64,000 nucleotides of DNA from Calditrichaceae bacterium (GTDB taxonomy: Bacteria > Calditrichota > Calditrichia > Calditrichales > JBFXGD01), in NCBI GenBank assembly GCA_050173015.1, contig JBFXLE010000007.1:32001-96000 (forward strand), in the 5' to 3' direction. Positions 11,289-21,509 of this stretch are shown here, one piece after another (the first letter of the stretch is position 1; every line of letters begins with the position of its first letter). The position numbers were made by a program, and so were the translations under genes. The notes beneath the pieces are model-generated. The model saw nothing but the letters and a program-made list of their open reading frames with translations. It was not told the origin of the DNA and did not search any database.

Positions 11289-11972
11289 TTACTTTTCGCC
11301 TGACGGTACATCTAATATGGGCGTTCCAAAGTGATTCCGCTGAAAACCGAACGCGATTGAAAGAAAATTGCTTAGCAGGAATCCCGTTACTCCCCAAATG
11401 ACATCACTTCCGGCATGATAATAATGTAAGCGCCAGGTATAACCATTCTTACTATAGGCTCTCACTTCAAAAACATCATCACGTACCAAAAAGCTCAAAG
11501 GAACATGAATTAGCCGGTCAATTTCTGCTTTATTCACGGTAAATGAGTATGGATAATCAAATATACCGACATAGGGGGTGACCAGGAAATGTGTATTCGT
11601 GAGAAAAATATCGGTTTGTCCGAGTACAGATATATCATTCTTTCGGATACCTATCTCTTCCTCCGTTTCTCTTAACGCGGTTTCGAGAAGATCCTTATCC
11701 GTCTCATCTTTTCTGCCGCCGGGAAACGAAATCTGTCCCTTGTGATGTTCCAGATTTTCAGTTCGTTTTGTAAACAAAAGATGTGCTTCGCCATCCTTAA
11801 AATAAACAGGTATTAATACAGCTGCATCCACTGATTCTGTATTTTTATAGATATACTCTTTTGTCTCATGACGATCCAGCCGCATTGTTAAATGTGAAAC
11901 GAGTTTTTCTTTCGAAAAGAAAAGTTCATGTAAATAATTTGAGTCTGGTGAAGGACTACCTGAATTCTTCAT
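11289..11972 (-). CDS. Nudix CoA pyrophosphatase
   Basis: LLFTKR...HKGQISFPGG and Nudix box ALRETEEEIG, IWGVT. Confidence 0.9.
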   Translation of the reverse strand: MKNSGSPSPDSNYLHELFFSKEKLVSHLTMRLDRHETKEYIYKNTESVDAAVLIPVYFKDGEAHLLFTKRTENLEHHKGQISFPGGRKDETDKDLLETALRETEEEIGIRKNDISVLGQTDIFLTNTHFLVTPYVGIFDYPYSFTVNKAEIDRLIHVPLSFLVRDDVFEVRAYSKNGYTWRLHYYHAGSDVIWGVTGFLLSNFLSIAFGFQRNHFGTPILDVPSGEK

Positions 11973-13320
11973 CTTTGATGCTATAGTCTTCCAATTTATT
12001 GTATAATGATCGCCGGCTGATGCCCAGCATTTCAGCCGCTTTTAATTTATTGCCTTTGGCCATTTTAAGGGTTTTGATGATGGATGCGCGTTCAATTTCA
12101 GGAAGCGGAGTACCGGCCGGAAATCTGATCTCCTGCCCGGGCGCCATACCTTTGATGATCATCGCGGGCAGATCTTTTTTCCTTATTCTGTCTTTCGCGG
12201 ATATCATCGCCCTCAGAATGATATTTCTAAGTTCACGAATGTTTCCCGGCCAACTGTAGTCGGTAAGTAATTCTTCCGCGTCTTTGTCAATTCCTTTAAT
12301 ATTTTTATCGTATTCATTATTGAACCGCTGAATATAATAATTTGCGATAAGCAGAATATCTTCCGGTCGCTCTCTCAGTGGAGGTAATTCAATACCGTAA
12401 ACATTCAAACGGTAGTAAAGATCGTCTCGCAGCCTGCCCTCATCAATCAGATCAACCGGGTTTTCATTTGTCGCGGCAACGATTCTCACATCCACCGGTA
12501 TTTCCCGGTTTCCTCCCACCCTGTCAATTTTTTGGCTTTCCAGTACCCGGAGCAGTGAGATTTGCACCTGCTCACTCATGGAACTGATCTCATCCAGAAA
12601 AAGTGTGCCGTTGCTTGCTTCTTCAAACTTTCCCTTTTTTGACTCAATCGCGCCTGTAAAAGCGCCTTTTTCATGGCCGAATAATTCCGAGCTGATAAGA
12701 TCTTTCGGGATGGCGCCCGTATTCACCGCTATGAACGAATTTGGGTTTCTTTTTGACGCGTTATGAATTGCTCTCGCGACAAGCTCCTTACCGGTACCGC
12801 TCTCTCCGATAATTAAAACCGGGACATCAATATCGGCTATTTCGTTTATTTTTTTTACGACATTTTTAATCCCGCGGGATTTTCCTATAATTTCCCCAAA
12901 ATGAATGTATCTGTCCGGAATAACACCGCCGCTCTCCTTAGCGGAATCTATACCCGGAACACGTAGCGCGCGATGAACAACTTCTTTTAATTTTACGGGA
13001 TCAACAGGCTTAGGAATATAATCCAGCGCGCCGAGATGAATGGCTTCGACGGCATGCTCGATCGAGCTGTAACCGGTAACCATAATCACCCGTAAAAGCG
13101 GATCAAAATCGTTTATCATTTTGAGCAGTTCAAGTCCGTCGATCTCCTGCATCTTGTAATCAGTAACAATCAGATCATAACTGTACTTTCTGATTAAATC
13201 CATTGCAGCCGCGGCGCCATCCGCCTGATCGACACGATAATTCTGATCTTCAAGCAGTATAACCATACCTTCGCGGTGGGACTGATCATCATCAATAACT
13301 AGCAAATGTGGCTTAATCAT
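11956..13320 (-). CDS. NtrC-family sigma54-dependent response regulator
   Basis: REC domain, [22 protein letters not shown] and Fis HTH. Confidence 0.95.
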   Translation of the reverse strand: MIKPHLLVIDDDQSHREGMVILLEDQNYRVDQADGAAAAMDLIRKYSYDLIVTDYKMQEIDGLELLKMINDFDPLLRVIMVTGYSSIEHAVEAIHLGALDYIPKPVDPVKLKEVVHRALRVPGIDSAKESGGVIPDRYIHFGEIIGKSRGIKNVVKKINEIADIDVPVLIIGESGTGKELVARAIHNASKRNPNSFIAVNTGAIPKDLISSELFGHEKGAFTGAIESKKGKFEEASNGTLFLDEISSMSEQVQISLLRVLESQKIDRVGGNREIPVDVRIVAATNENPVDLIDEGRLRDDLYYRLNVYGIELPPLRERPEDILLIANYYIQRFNNEYDKNIKGIDKDAEELLTDYSWPGNIRELRNIILRAMISAKDRIRKKDLPAMIIKGMAPGQEIRFPAGTPLPEIERASIIKTLKMAKGNKLKAAEMLGISRRSLYNKLEDYSIKDEEFR

Positions 13321-13427
13321 CCGAATCTTCTTTATGCAATTTTATTATCAACTTTACGTAAAATAACGAGTTCACTGCCAATTTGCAACGGATTTACATT
13401 CTCTGATCATCCGGCTTCTTCGGGTTG

Positions 13428-15905
13428 TTATAACCTAATTCTCTTCAGCCGGAGACTGTTTGTCACCACTGAAACCGAGCTCATCGCCATAGCGAGCGCG
13501 GCAAATACGGGATTAAACATTATTCCCCACAGTGGATAAAGAGCGCCTGCGGCAACCGGAATCATGATTACATTGTAGGCAAACGCCCAGAATAGATTTT
13601 CTTTTATAACGCGGACTGTTTTCGCGGAAAGCCTGAAAGCCGTGGAGAGGGCCGTCAAATCACCTTTCATCATTATGATATCAGCCGATTCAATCGCTAC
13701 GTCGGTGCCTGTACCAATGGCGATTCCCACATCCGCTCGCGTAAGAGCGACAGCATCATTGATCCCGTCTCCGACCATCGCCACCTTACGGCCTTTCTCC
13801 TGCAACGATTTGATGATATCCTCTTTTCTTTCCGGTGTCCGCTCGGCATAAACCGTATCAATTCCGGCTTCATCGGCTACCGCTTTCGCGGTTCTTTCAT
13901 TGTCCCCGGTTACCATGCTGACATGGATGTTTCTTGTTGTAAAAAATTTGATGATCTCAGGAGCTTCCTCTTTCACCTGATCGGCCACCGCGAGCAGACC
14001 CGCCATTTTTTCATCGATGGCCACAAATACCGGTGTCCACATTTTTTTAGATATGTGATTCAACTGTTCCAGAATGTTTTCTTCAATCGCTATTTTTTTT
14101 CTCCGGATGAATGCGGCGTTTCCGATGTAAATATGTTTTCCATCCACATCACCTTCCATGCCAAAACCCGGTTTTGTTTTAACATTAAGAGCTTCCTGAA
14201 GCTCCAGGTCACGGCTGATCATTTCATCCAATATTGCTTTCGCGATAGGATGATTGGATTGACTTTCCACCGAGGCGGCATACATCAACACCTTGTTTTC
14301 ATCGTAATTAAAAGATGATGTCTGCGCGATTTTCATTTTCCCCGAAGTGATGGTTCCCGTTTTATCCAGTAAGATATCATCAATTTTATGGAAGATTTCC
14401 TGACTTCGGGCATTTTTTATCAGAACACCTTCGCGGGCGCCGCGGCCGGATGCGACCATAATTGCAGTAGGGGTGGCCAGTCCTAAGGCGCAGGGACAGG
14501 CGACTACCACAACGGCTATAAAATTAACCATTGATACTGAAAAAGTATGACCGGTAAGATACCACACTAAAAAAGTTAAAGCCGCTAAAATTAAAACAAC
14601 CGGTACAAAAATCGAAGCGATTCTGTCCGCCAGTTTTTGAATCGGCGGTTTACTTCCCTGCGCTTCCCTTACGAGCTTGATAATTTGCCCGAGCGCGGTG
14701 TCCATTCCCGTTTTGAGTATTCTCATTTTAAAAGGCGAATCCATATTCACCGTGCCACCGAGCAGTAGATCGCCACTGGTTTTATCGACTGGCAGACTTT
14801 CACCCGTAAGCATGGATTCATCAATTCCGGCATTCTCATCGAGCAGGATACCATCCGCCGGGATATGTTCACCGGTTCTTACAAGACAAACCATTCCCGC
14901 GCTCAGTTGAGCGCTGGGTATCTCGTTTATTTCTGAATTTGTAACCTGCAGGGCTATTTTGGGTTGAAGGGATGCCAGATTTTTGATCGACGCGCCTGTC
15001 TGTCCTTTGGCTTTAGCCTCAAGATACCTCCCAAGGAGAATGAATGCAGTAATCATAGCCGCCGTGTCATAATAAACATGATGGGTTTCAACCCCGGGAA
15101 ACAAAGTCAGAAACGCGCTGTAAAAGAACGCGGTTCCCGAACCGATCGCGATCAGTGAATTCATATCCGCCGTGCCGGCCTTTAGAGCCTTCCAGAATCC
15201 CGTAAAAAATTGCCTTCCCGCTCCGAAAAGTACAATCGATGTTAAGACAAGTGAAATATAAAGTCTGACATTTGATTTGACTGTCGTGACAAAGGGGAAT
15301 AGCTCCGGCATGGTAAGCACAAAGACAACCGCCGAGAGGAGCGCGGCAAGAGCAAATTTAATAAGTGTTCTTCGGGCTTTTAGGGACTGGTTATCAACAA
15401 GGATATTCTCGATCTCGGATTTCCCTTGCCCGCTAGTAATGTTTAAACCGAATTTATCCGACAGAATTTTCCCGGCCGCGGTCAGATCAATCGCTCCCGG
15501 AATAAAACTAAGGGTGATGGTTTCATTCGCGGTATTCGCGGTGACATCCAGAACGCCGAACATAGTACCGACAAATTCTTCTATTTTTGCCGCCACCGAA
15601 GGGTCCTGCAACCCGGGGGCCGAAATGATCTCTTTATTCTTCTTGACCTTATAACCTGATTTTTCCACACTTTCGATCAAATCCAGTGTTGAAAGTGCAT
15701 TCGGTTTAAACCCGACCGCCGCCTGCTCGGTCGCAAAATTTACATTTACCGAGGACGCGCCGGGAAGAACGGACAGCCCCTTCTCCACACGAGCCACACA
15801 GGTCGCGCAAGTCATACCTTCAATCGGTATAAGTTTATATATCAGCGAATTGGGATCCGCTTGCATTTTATTCCGGGTATTAGCCATATACTTATGATCC
15901 CGCAT
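13428..15905 (-). CDS. copA: Cu(+)-type P1B ATPase
   Basis: GMTCATC, TGES, CPCALGLATP, DKTGT, YN and MAMSS. Confidence 0.92.
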   Translation of the reverse strand: MRDHKYMANTRNKMQADPNSLIYKLIPIEGMTCATCVARVEKGLSVLPGASSVNVNFATEQAAVGFKPNALSTLDLIESVEKSGYKVKKNKEIISAPGLQDPSVAAKIEEFVGTMFGVLDVTANTANETITLSFIPGAIDLTAAGKILSDKFGLNITSGQGKSEIENILVDNQSLKARRTLIKFALAALLSAVVFVLTMPELFPFVTTVKSNVRLYISLVLTSIVLFGAGRQFFTGFWKALKAGTADMNSLIAIGSGTAFFYSAFLTLFPGVETHHVYYDTAAMITAFILLGRYLEAKAKGQTGASIKNLASLQPKIALQVTNSEINEIPSAQLSAGMVCLVRTGEHIPADGILLDENAGIDESMLTGESLPVDKTSGDLLLGGTVNMDSPFKMRILKTGMDTALGQIIKLVREAQGSKPPIQKLADRIASIFVPVVLILAALTFLVWYLTGHTFSVSMVNFIAVVVVACPCALGLATPTAIMVASGRGAREGVLIKNARSQEIFHKIDDILLDKTGTITSGKMKIAQTSSFNYDENKVLMYAASVESQSNHPIAKAILDEMISRDLELQEALNVKTKPGFGMEGDVDGKHIYIGNAAFIRRKKIAIEENILEQLNHISKKMWTPVFVAIDEKMAGLLAVADQVKEEAPEIIKFFTTRNIHVSMVTGDNERTAKAVADEAGIDTVYAERTPERKEDIIKSLQEKGRKVAMVGDGINDAVALTRADVGIAIGTGTDVAIESADIIMMKGDLTALSTAFRLSAKTVRVIKENLFWAFAYNVIMIPVAAGALYPLWGIMFNPVFAALAMAMSSVSVVTNSLRLKRIRL

Positions 15906-15920
15906 AGTTGGATTAAAAAA

Positions 15921-16196
15921 TTATCTTTCGAGAAAATCTTTAATTTTCTTTATCAGCAATTCTTCAGGCTCGAGTATAAATTGTGCCGGGCCATAATGGC
16001 TTCTGATATTTTGTTCCGCCCAGTCCAGCGCCAATTCTAGTTCCACCCTTCCCAAAACCAATCCGGCGCCTGTGACAGGGTGACTGATCCTTTTCAGGAG
16101 AGCCTCTTCTTGCGGCATGGGAATGCCATGTTTTTTCAGCGCGTTCTCGCTCCAGCCGCGCACAATATCGACTTCTGATGGCAAGAGACGAAACAT
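15921..16196 (-). CDS. Small hypothetical protein with an internal two-fold repeat
   Basis: Fills the operon gap; both halves follow L-x-x-x-E-x(5)-W-x-E...EE-x-L-x-K-x-I. Confidence 0.7.
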   Translation of the reverse strand: MFRLLPSEVDIVRGWSENALKKHGIPMPQEEALLKRISHPVTGAGLVLGRVELELALDWAEQNIRSHYGPAQFILEPEELLIKKIKDFLER

Positions 16197-16208
16197 ACGA
16201 CTATCCCG

Positions 16209-16934
16209 TCAGTCTTTTTTAATCATATATATGGATACCGCTATCTGTTGATTCCCCTGCCGCACCGAATCCCTGATTTCATCATAAACATAACCGGCTT
16301 CCCGCAGCATTTTAAAAAATTCTTTCGCGATATTGCGGTTCGGTTCGGCGATAATTATAAGGCCTCCCGGCTCAAGGAACTTTCCCAGAAGACTGATAAC
16401 CGGATGAAAAAATCTTTTCTCATAAAGAATATCGGATGCTATGATCACATCAAACAGCCGGTCAAGTTCCGGTTGCCGCCAATCGAGAATTCTCGTTTCC
16501 GGTAAAGATAATTTATTTAACTTAAAATTTCGAAGGGACATTTCCAATGCCGGTTGTTCATAATCCGTCAACAACAGTGAAGCGGGATTCTGCAACGCGA
16601 TAAAGAGAGAGGATAATCCCAGACCACATCCTAATTCCAAAACCGATTTGGTGCTGATCAACGCGGGATGAGCGGCAATAAAACGACTGATGGCAATCGC
16701 GGATGGCCAAAGCTCCGCCCAATAGGGCAACCGCTCATCCTCGTTAAAAAGGTCATCGCTCACCTGATCAACCAGATCATCGAGATTCTTGACGCGCTCA
16801 ATCACAACCTTCTGATCATTTATCCGAAACTCCTCGGTCACGAGATCCATATCAAAGGGAGAATTTGTCAGCCTTTTTTTTGTTTCCAAAAATATTTTCT
16901 CCTGATAATTATATTGATTTAATAACAGGCGCAT
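16209..16934 (-). CDS. Class I SAM methyltransferase (Methyltransf_16 / lysine MTase-like)
   Basis: LPYWAELWPSA, VLELGCGLG and IIASDILYE. Confidence 0.88.
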   Translation of the reverse strand: MRLLLNQYNYQEKIFLETKKRLTNSPFDMDLVTEEFRINDQKVVIERVKNLDDLVDQVSDDLFNEDERLPYWAELWPSAIAISRFIAAHPALISTKSVLELGCGLGLSSLFIALQNPASLLLTDYEQPALEMSLRNFKLNKLSLPETRILDWRQPELDRLFDVIIASDILYEKRFFHPVISLLGKFLEPGGLIIIAEPNRNIAKEFFKMLREAGYVYDEIRDSVRQGNQQIAVSIYMIKKD

Positions 16935-16996
16935 AGGGTATGCGCATATAAACCGATTAAATGGCGGATTCAGTTCTTCCGGGAATAATCATTTTA

Positions 16997-18133
16997 TTAA
17001 GGATGATGATTATCCAAAAAATGAGCTACCGCTTCAGCCGCCCTTTTAGATGCTCCGGGCTCCCCTAATTTATCTCTTACGACTTTGAGAGTTTCGCGGA
17101 TTTGTGAATTTTGTTCCTGATCCAGCATTTGCGCGACATGTTCCGCTGCCTTCTGCGGCGTAAAATCCTTTTGAATCAATTCAACCGCGACCGGAGATTC
17201 GGCCACGATATTCGCCAAACCGATATAATCTATTTTAACAAGCATGCGTCCCAGCCAGTAGGTAATTGGATTTACATGATAAACGATCAGCATGGGCACG
17301 CCATAGTAAGCCGTTTCTAAAGTTGCTGTCCCCGACGCTACGATCACGGCATCAAACCGCTGAAGACATTGCTCAATCGGTTCTTCAACAATTTTTATAA
17401 AAGTATCTGTCTCCACGAGATGATCGGCGTACATTTGCTTTGGCAGATGCTTCACTTTTACTATCTCTGCCGTTTTAATCTGATTGTTTTTATACAAAAT
17501 TCTCGCGGTTTCAATCATTTTGGGTAAAAGGGAAGCCACTTCCTGCCTACGGCTCCCCGGGAGTAAACCAAATACAATATTATTCGCGTCAATTTTTTTA
17601 GATTCATTCGGAATATACGCGGAGTGTTTGTCAACTAAAGGATGACCGACATATTCCGCGTCAATCTGATACTGTTCATAAAATTTTTGTTCAAACGGAA
17701 AAAGTACAACCATCCGGTCCACATATTTTCGGATTTTATCGATTCTGCCCTTACCCCACGCCCATAATTGCGGACTGATGTAGTAAATAACGGGAATTCC
17801 TAATTTTTTTAATGATTTTGCGATTTTTAAGTTGAACCCCGGATAATCTATCAGAATAGCGCAAACAGGACGTTCGCGTTCCGCCCAGTCAATTAAGGTA
17901 CTATGCACCTTCCTGATAAACGGCAGATGTCTAATGACTTCACCAACTCCCAGGAATGCCATGTCTTTAACGTGAAAAAGAAGCTGCATCCCTTCATTTT
18001 CCAGCATATCACCACCGATCCCGGAGATCTGAAGCCCGGATTTTAGTTTCTTTAGTTCTTTGATAAGCGCCGCGGCGTGGTGGTCACCTGAGACTTCACC
18101 CGTTACAAGAAGAATTTTTTCCATTTGATCCAT
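16997..18133 (-). CDS. lpxB: Lipid-A-disaccharide synthase
   Basis: GEVSGD, IDYPGFN, YVGHPL, LLPGSRRQE and SGTATLE. Confidence 0.96.
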   Translation of the reverse strand: MDQMEKILLVTGEVSGDHHAAALIKELKKLKSGLQISGIGGDMLENEGMQLLFHVKDMAFLGVGEVIRHLPFIRKVHSTLIDWAERERPVCAILIDYPGFNLKIAKSLKKLGIPVIYYISPQLWAWGKGRIDKIRKYVDRMVVLFPFEQKFYEQYQIDAEYVGHPLVDKHSAYIPNESKKIDANNIVFGLLPGSRRQEVASLLPKMIETARILYKNNQIKTAEIVKVKHLPKQMYADHLVETDTFIKIVEEPIEQCLQRFDAVIVASGTATLETAYYGVPMLIVYHVNPITYWLGRMLVKIDYIGLANIVAESPVAVELIQKDFTPQKAAEHVAQMLDQEQNSQIRETLKVVRDKLGEPGASKRAAEAVAHFLDNHHP

Positions 18134-18322
18134 ACAATCCTGATATAATGAACTTTTTCAGTATAAAAATCACGAGCAAAATTAGAATAAAAATGCGCGT
18201 GAATCAATTATTCTGTGATAAAACCGGGGTAAACCGCGGAAAAATTTTTCAGTTTGAAATATTGGATATAAAAGCCACAGTTCGAGATATCCCTAAATCT
18301 CTGAGGTAAATAAGTTATAAAC

Positions 18323-18349
18323 AAAAAAGCGGCCGTTTCTGACCGCTTT
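18323..18349 (-). terminator. Probable terminator of the lemA-TPM operon
   Basis: AAAGCGG...CCGCTTT stem with minus-strand T tract. Confidence 0.6.
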
Positions 18350-18364
18350 ATTTGCTGATTAATT

Positions 18365-18802
18365 TTATTCACCGATTGAAATATCATCCGGTAACTCATT
18401 GACATCATCATCCTGGTAGGGAAAATATTCCTTTAATTTTTCACCGACCTTCAATGTGCCGATAACGATACCTTCCGCGAATTGTCCTTTTGAAAAATGT
18501 TCACGCATCTCATCTTTAACATCTCTCCAAAAGTTTTCCGTTACTATTTCATTAATTCCCTCATCACCATAAATGGCAAATTTTTTATCTTTTACCGCGA
18601 GATAAATTAAAGTACCGTTTCGTAACTGTGTCTCATGCATCTTTAATTTTTGAAAGACTTTTACCGCCCGCTCAAGCGCGTCACCCTTGCATCCCGATTC
18701 AAGGTGAATTCGAATTTCACCCGAAGTCTCATTTTCCGCTTCTTTGATGGCCTGAATGATTTTCTCTTTCTGTTCTTTCGTAAAAAAATTTTTCACATTC
18801 AT
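18365..18802 (-). CDS. TPM-domain protein
   Basis: AENETSGEIRIH, GDEGIN and DDVNELPDDIS. Confidence 0.9.
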   Translation of the reverse strand: MNVKNFFTKEQKEKIIQAIKEAENETSGEIRIHLESGCKGDALERAVKVFQKLKMHETQLRNGTLIYLAVKDKKFAIYGDEGINEIVTENFWRDVKDEMREHFSKGQFAEGIVIGTLKVGEKLKEYFPYQDDDVNELPDDISIGE

Positions 18803-18840
18803 ATTTTAATCCCGTGTTTACCTTTATTCATACTGCCGCA

Positions 18841-19614
18841 TTACCAGCTGCCGCTCGCGCCCCCGCCGCCGGACATTCCTCCGAATCCGCCTCCGAAACC
18901 TCCGCCGCCGCCGCCAAATCCTCCACCGGAAGAACCACCACCGAATCCGCCAAAAATGATAGGTCCGCCAAACCCGGAACCTCTTCTCCGTGATCCGTAT
19001 CCCGTAGATCCGCCGCCGCCAAAAAATTTAGATATCAGCATCACCAAAATGAATAAAATGATATAGTAAGTGAAATTCCCGCCTTTGTTTTTATTTTTTG
19101 ATTTGACCGGGATCTGATATTTCCCTTCCGCGGCCGGTATTAAAACAGAAAGGGCGGCCTCGATACCATGATAATAATCACCCTGTCTGAAATACGGCGC
19201 CATATAATCACGGATAACCGTCCCCGACTGAGCATCTGTGATAACATCCTCAAGACCATAGCCGACCTCGATCCGGACTTTCCTGTCATTTATAAAAATG
19301 ACCATTATCACCCCGTTGTCCTGTTCAGCCAGGCCGGGTTTCCATTTATCATACAATTTTAAAGCAAAATCTTCCAGATAGGTATTCTCCGGCATGGACT
19401 CAAAAATCGCTACGAAGATCTGGTTAGAGGAACGCTGTTCGAGTCCCTGAAGCATTCCGGTCAATGTCTGCTTCTCGGATGCTGACAATACATTGGCATA
19501 ATCGTTAACCCAAGACTGCGGCTTTTCCGGAAGCACATCCTGCGCGAAAAGCCCGCTGAATAAAAATATGGTAAAGAACAATAATTTTAGATTTCGAAAC
19601 ATCATATAATCCAT
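18841..19614 (-). CDS. TPM-domain (YgcG-like) membrane protein with Gly-rich tail
   Basis: VNDYANVLS, RIEVGYGLE and GGGGASGSW. Confidence 0.92.
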   Translation of the reverse strand: MDYMMFRNLKLLFFTIFLFSGLFAQDVLPEKPQSWVNDYANVLSASEKQTLTGMLQGLEQRSSNQIFVAIFESMPENTYLEDFALKLYDKWKPGLAEQDNGVIMVIFINDRKVRIEVGYGLEDVITDAQSGTVIRDYMAPYFRQGDYYHGIEAALSVLIPAAEGKYQIPVKSKNKNKGGNFTYYIILFILVMLISKFFGGGGSTGYGSRRRGSGFGGPIIFGGFGGGSSGGGFGGGGGGFGGGFGGMSGGGGASGSW

Positions 19615-19626
19615 TTTTATGATATG

Positions 19627-20223
19627 TTAAAATTGAATTTTCGGCGCGTTTTCGCTTCCCGCATCCGCCTGAAAATATACTTTTTGCTGAAAACCAAACA
19701 TTCCCGCCAACATCACCGCCGGGAATTTACGAATGGATGTATTGTAGCCCTGAACCGATTCATTAAAACGGCCGCGCTCTACCGAGATTCGATTTTCGGT
19801 GCCTTCCAACTGAGTCTGCAGATCCGCGAACCGCTGATCGGCCTTCAAATCGGGATATCGTTCAACTACCACCATCAACCGCTGTAAGGCTGAAGTCAAT
19901 GCCCCCTGCGCCTGCTGAAACTGGGCAAAAGCCTGTGGATTATTCAATACTTCCGGACCGATATTAATCTGACCACCAACTTTTGAACGGGCGTTAACAA
20001 CCGCTTCAAGGGTCTCGCGTTCATGACTCGCGTATCCTTTCACGATTTCCACAAGATTCGGGATCAAATCAGCCCGCCGCTGATAGACATTTTCAACCTG
20101 TGCCCATTTTTGATTCACGTTTTCTTCCAGCGTAACAAAATTATTGTAATAACCTTTCAGCGAAGTAAAAAGAAAAATTACCACTAAAACTATAACGCCG
20201 ATAATAATCCACGACTTCTTCAT
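19627..20223 (-). CDS. lemA: LemA family protein
   Basis: YQRRADLIPNLV, ERYPDLKA and LEGTENRI. Confidence 0.95.
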   Translation of the reverse strand: MKKSWIIIGVIVLVVIFLFTSLKGYYNNFVTLEENVNQKWAQVENVYQRRADLIPNLVEIVKGYASHERETLEAVVNARSKVGGQINIGPEVLNNPQAFAQFQQAQGALTSALQRLMVVVERYPDLKADQRFADLQTQLEGTENRISVERGRFNESVQGYNTSIRKFPAVMLAGMFGFQQKVYFQADAGSENAPKIQF

Positions 20224-20360
20224 TTGGCCTCCAAAAGAATTAACTTGAACTGTATTGTTAAGTAATATAGAAAATTAGTGTAAATCCCGCCTGAATTAAA
20301 TTTAGTCAGAAGGATCCAAACAACGGTTCCACTTTTTAATCAACCACTATTTTGAATTTT

Positions 20361-21194
20361 TCAACTATAGAATATCGCTGACAAATATCCGACCACCTCA
20401 GATTTCTGGCCGGTAACATCACCCGAGTTCCTGTAAATCAGCACCTTTGATGATTTCGCGCCGAGATTCCTGCAAATCATCATGGTCGCCATTACCGGTC
20501 CGCCGCCGCACATTTCACAGGAATTCCTGAGCAGGTTCTCATTAAGTTTTTCCGCGTCGAATTCGTTGATATTATCGACCACCACATTGTCAATCATGGC
20601 CGCGCGATCATAATGATGATAATGCGAAAGATCCGAACTGGCCACGACAAGCGCTTTTTTGCCTTGCAGGACTTTGCTTAGCGCTTCCGCGAGCAGCTTT
20701 ACATTCCCCATGTCCTGATTTCCCATGACAACCGGAACCAGTTTAAACTCACCCAAAACCTGCTGAAGAAAAGGAAGCTGGACTTCCAGCGCGTGTTCAT
20801 CGATCTCGTGACCAATATCCGAATAGATAATGGAAGAATGCATTTCCGCGATTTCGGACGCTAATTTCCGGTCAACCGGAATATCACCCAGCGGAGTACT
20901 GTACCCGTAACCATTGTAAACCGATACTTCTTCAAAATATGTTCTGTGACTCGGCGCGATGACCACAACAACATCAAATTCCCGATCCACTAATTGTCTG
21001 TACGCTCTTGCCGCTACACCACCCGAATACATGTATCCCGCATGGGGCGCGACCAATCCGTAAATCTGATTCACATCTTTGACCGCGGGTGAATTCTCCA
21101 GATATACAGCCACTTCACGTTCGAGCGTGCTCTTTTGCTTTGAATAAAACAAACCGGCAACGGCTGGCTGCCTGATTTTATTACTTTTTTCCAT
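20361..21194 (-). CDS. amrB: MEMO1 family protein (AmmeMemoRadiSam protein B)
   Basis: RQPAVAGLFY, PHAGYMYSG, EHALEVQLPFLQ, ASSDLSHY and VVGY. Confidence 0.92.
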   Translation of the reverse strand: MEKSNKIRQPAVAGLFYSKQKSTLEREVAVYLENSPAVKDVNQIYGLVAPHAGYMYSGGVAARAYRQLVDREFDVVVVIAPSHRTYFEEVSVYNGYGYSTPLGDIPVDRKLASEIAEMHSSIIYSDIGHEIDEHALEVQLPFLQQVLGEFKLVPVVMGNQDMGNVKLLAEALSKVLQGKKALVVASSDLSHYHHYDRAAMIDNVVVDNINEFDAEKLNENLLRNSCEMCGGGPVMATMMICRNLGAKSSKVLIYRNSGDVTGQKSEVVGYLSAIFYS

Positions 21195-21509
21195 GTGACC
21201 CGACCTGACTGTCTTTGTTTTTGTAAGACATTAATAAATGAATAGGTTAGATCAAAATTTCTATCTGATCGATAATAACATAATGAGACCACTATCGCAA
21301 TATCAATATATAAATATTCCGAATGAGCGTAAACCAAACGGCAAGCGGATTTGTTCCATTTATCAGCGGTGGATGGAAATTATGCTGTTTCTCCGGGCGC
21401 GCGCTTAGGCGCGCTCCCCACGAGGATTAAAAGATCATATTTATTGGTTCATACTTGTCCTGAGCCGGAAACATGATTAAAATGGGCATAGTCTAAAAAC
21501 AGATGGAAT

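Noticed and set aside
18650-19066. Pro-rich plus-strand ORF
   Set aside because: Antisense shadow of the Gly-rich TPM tail.
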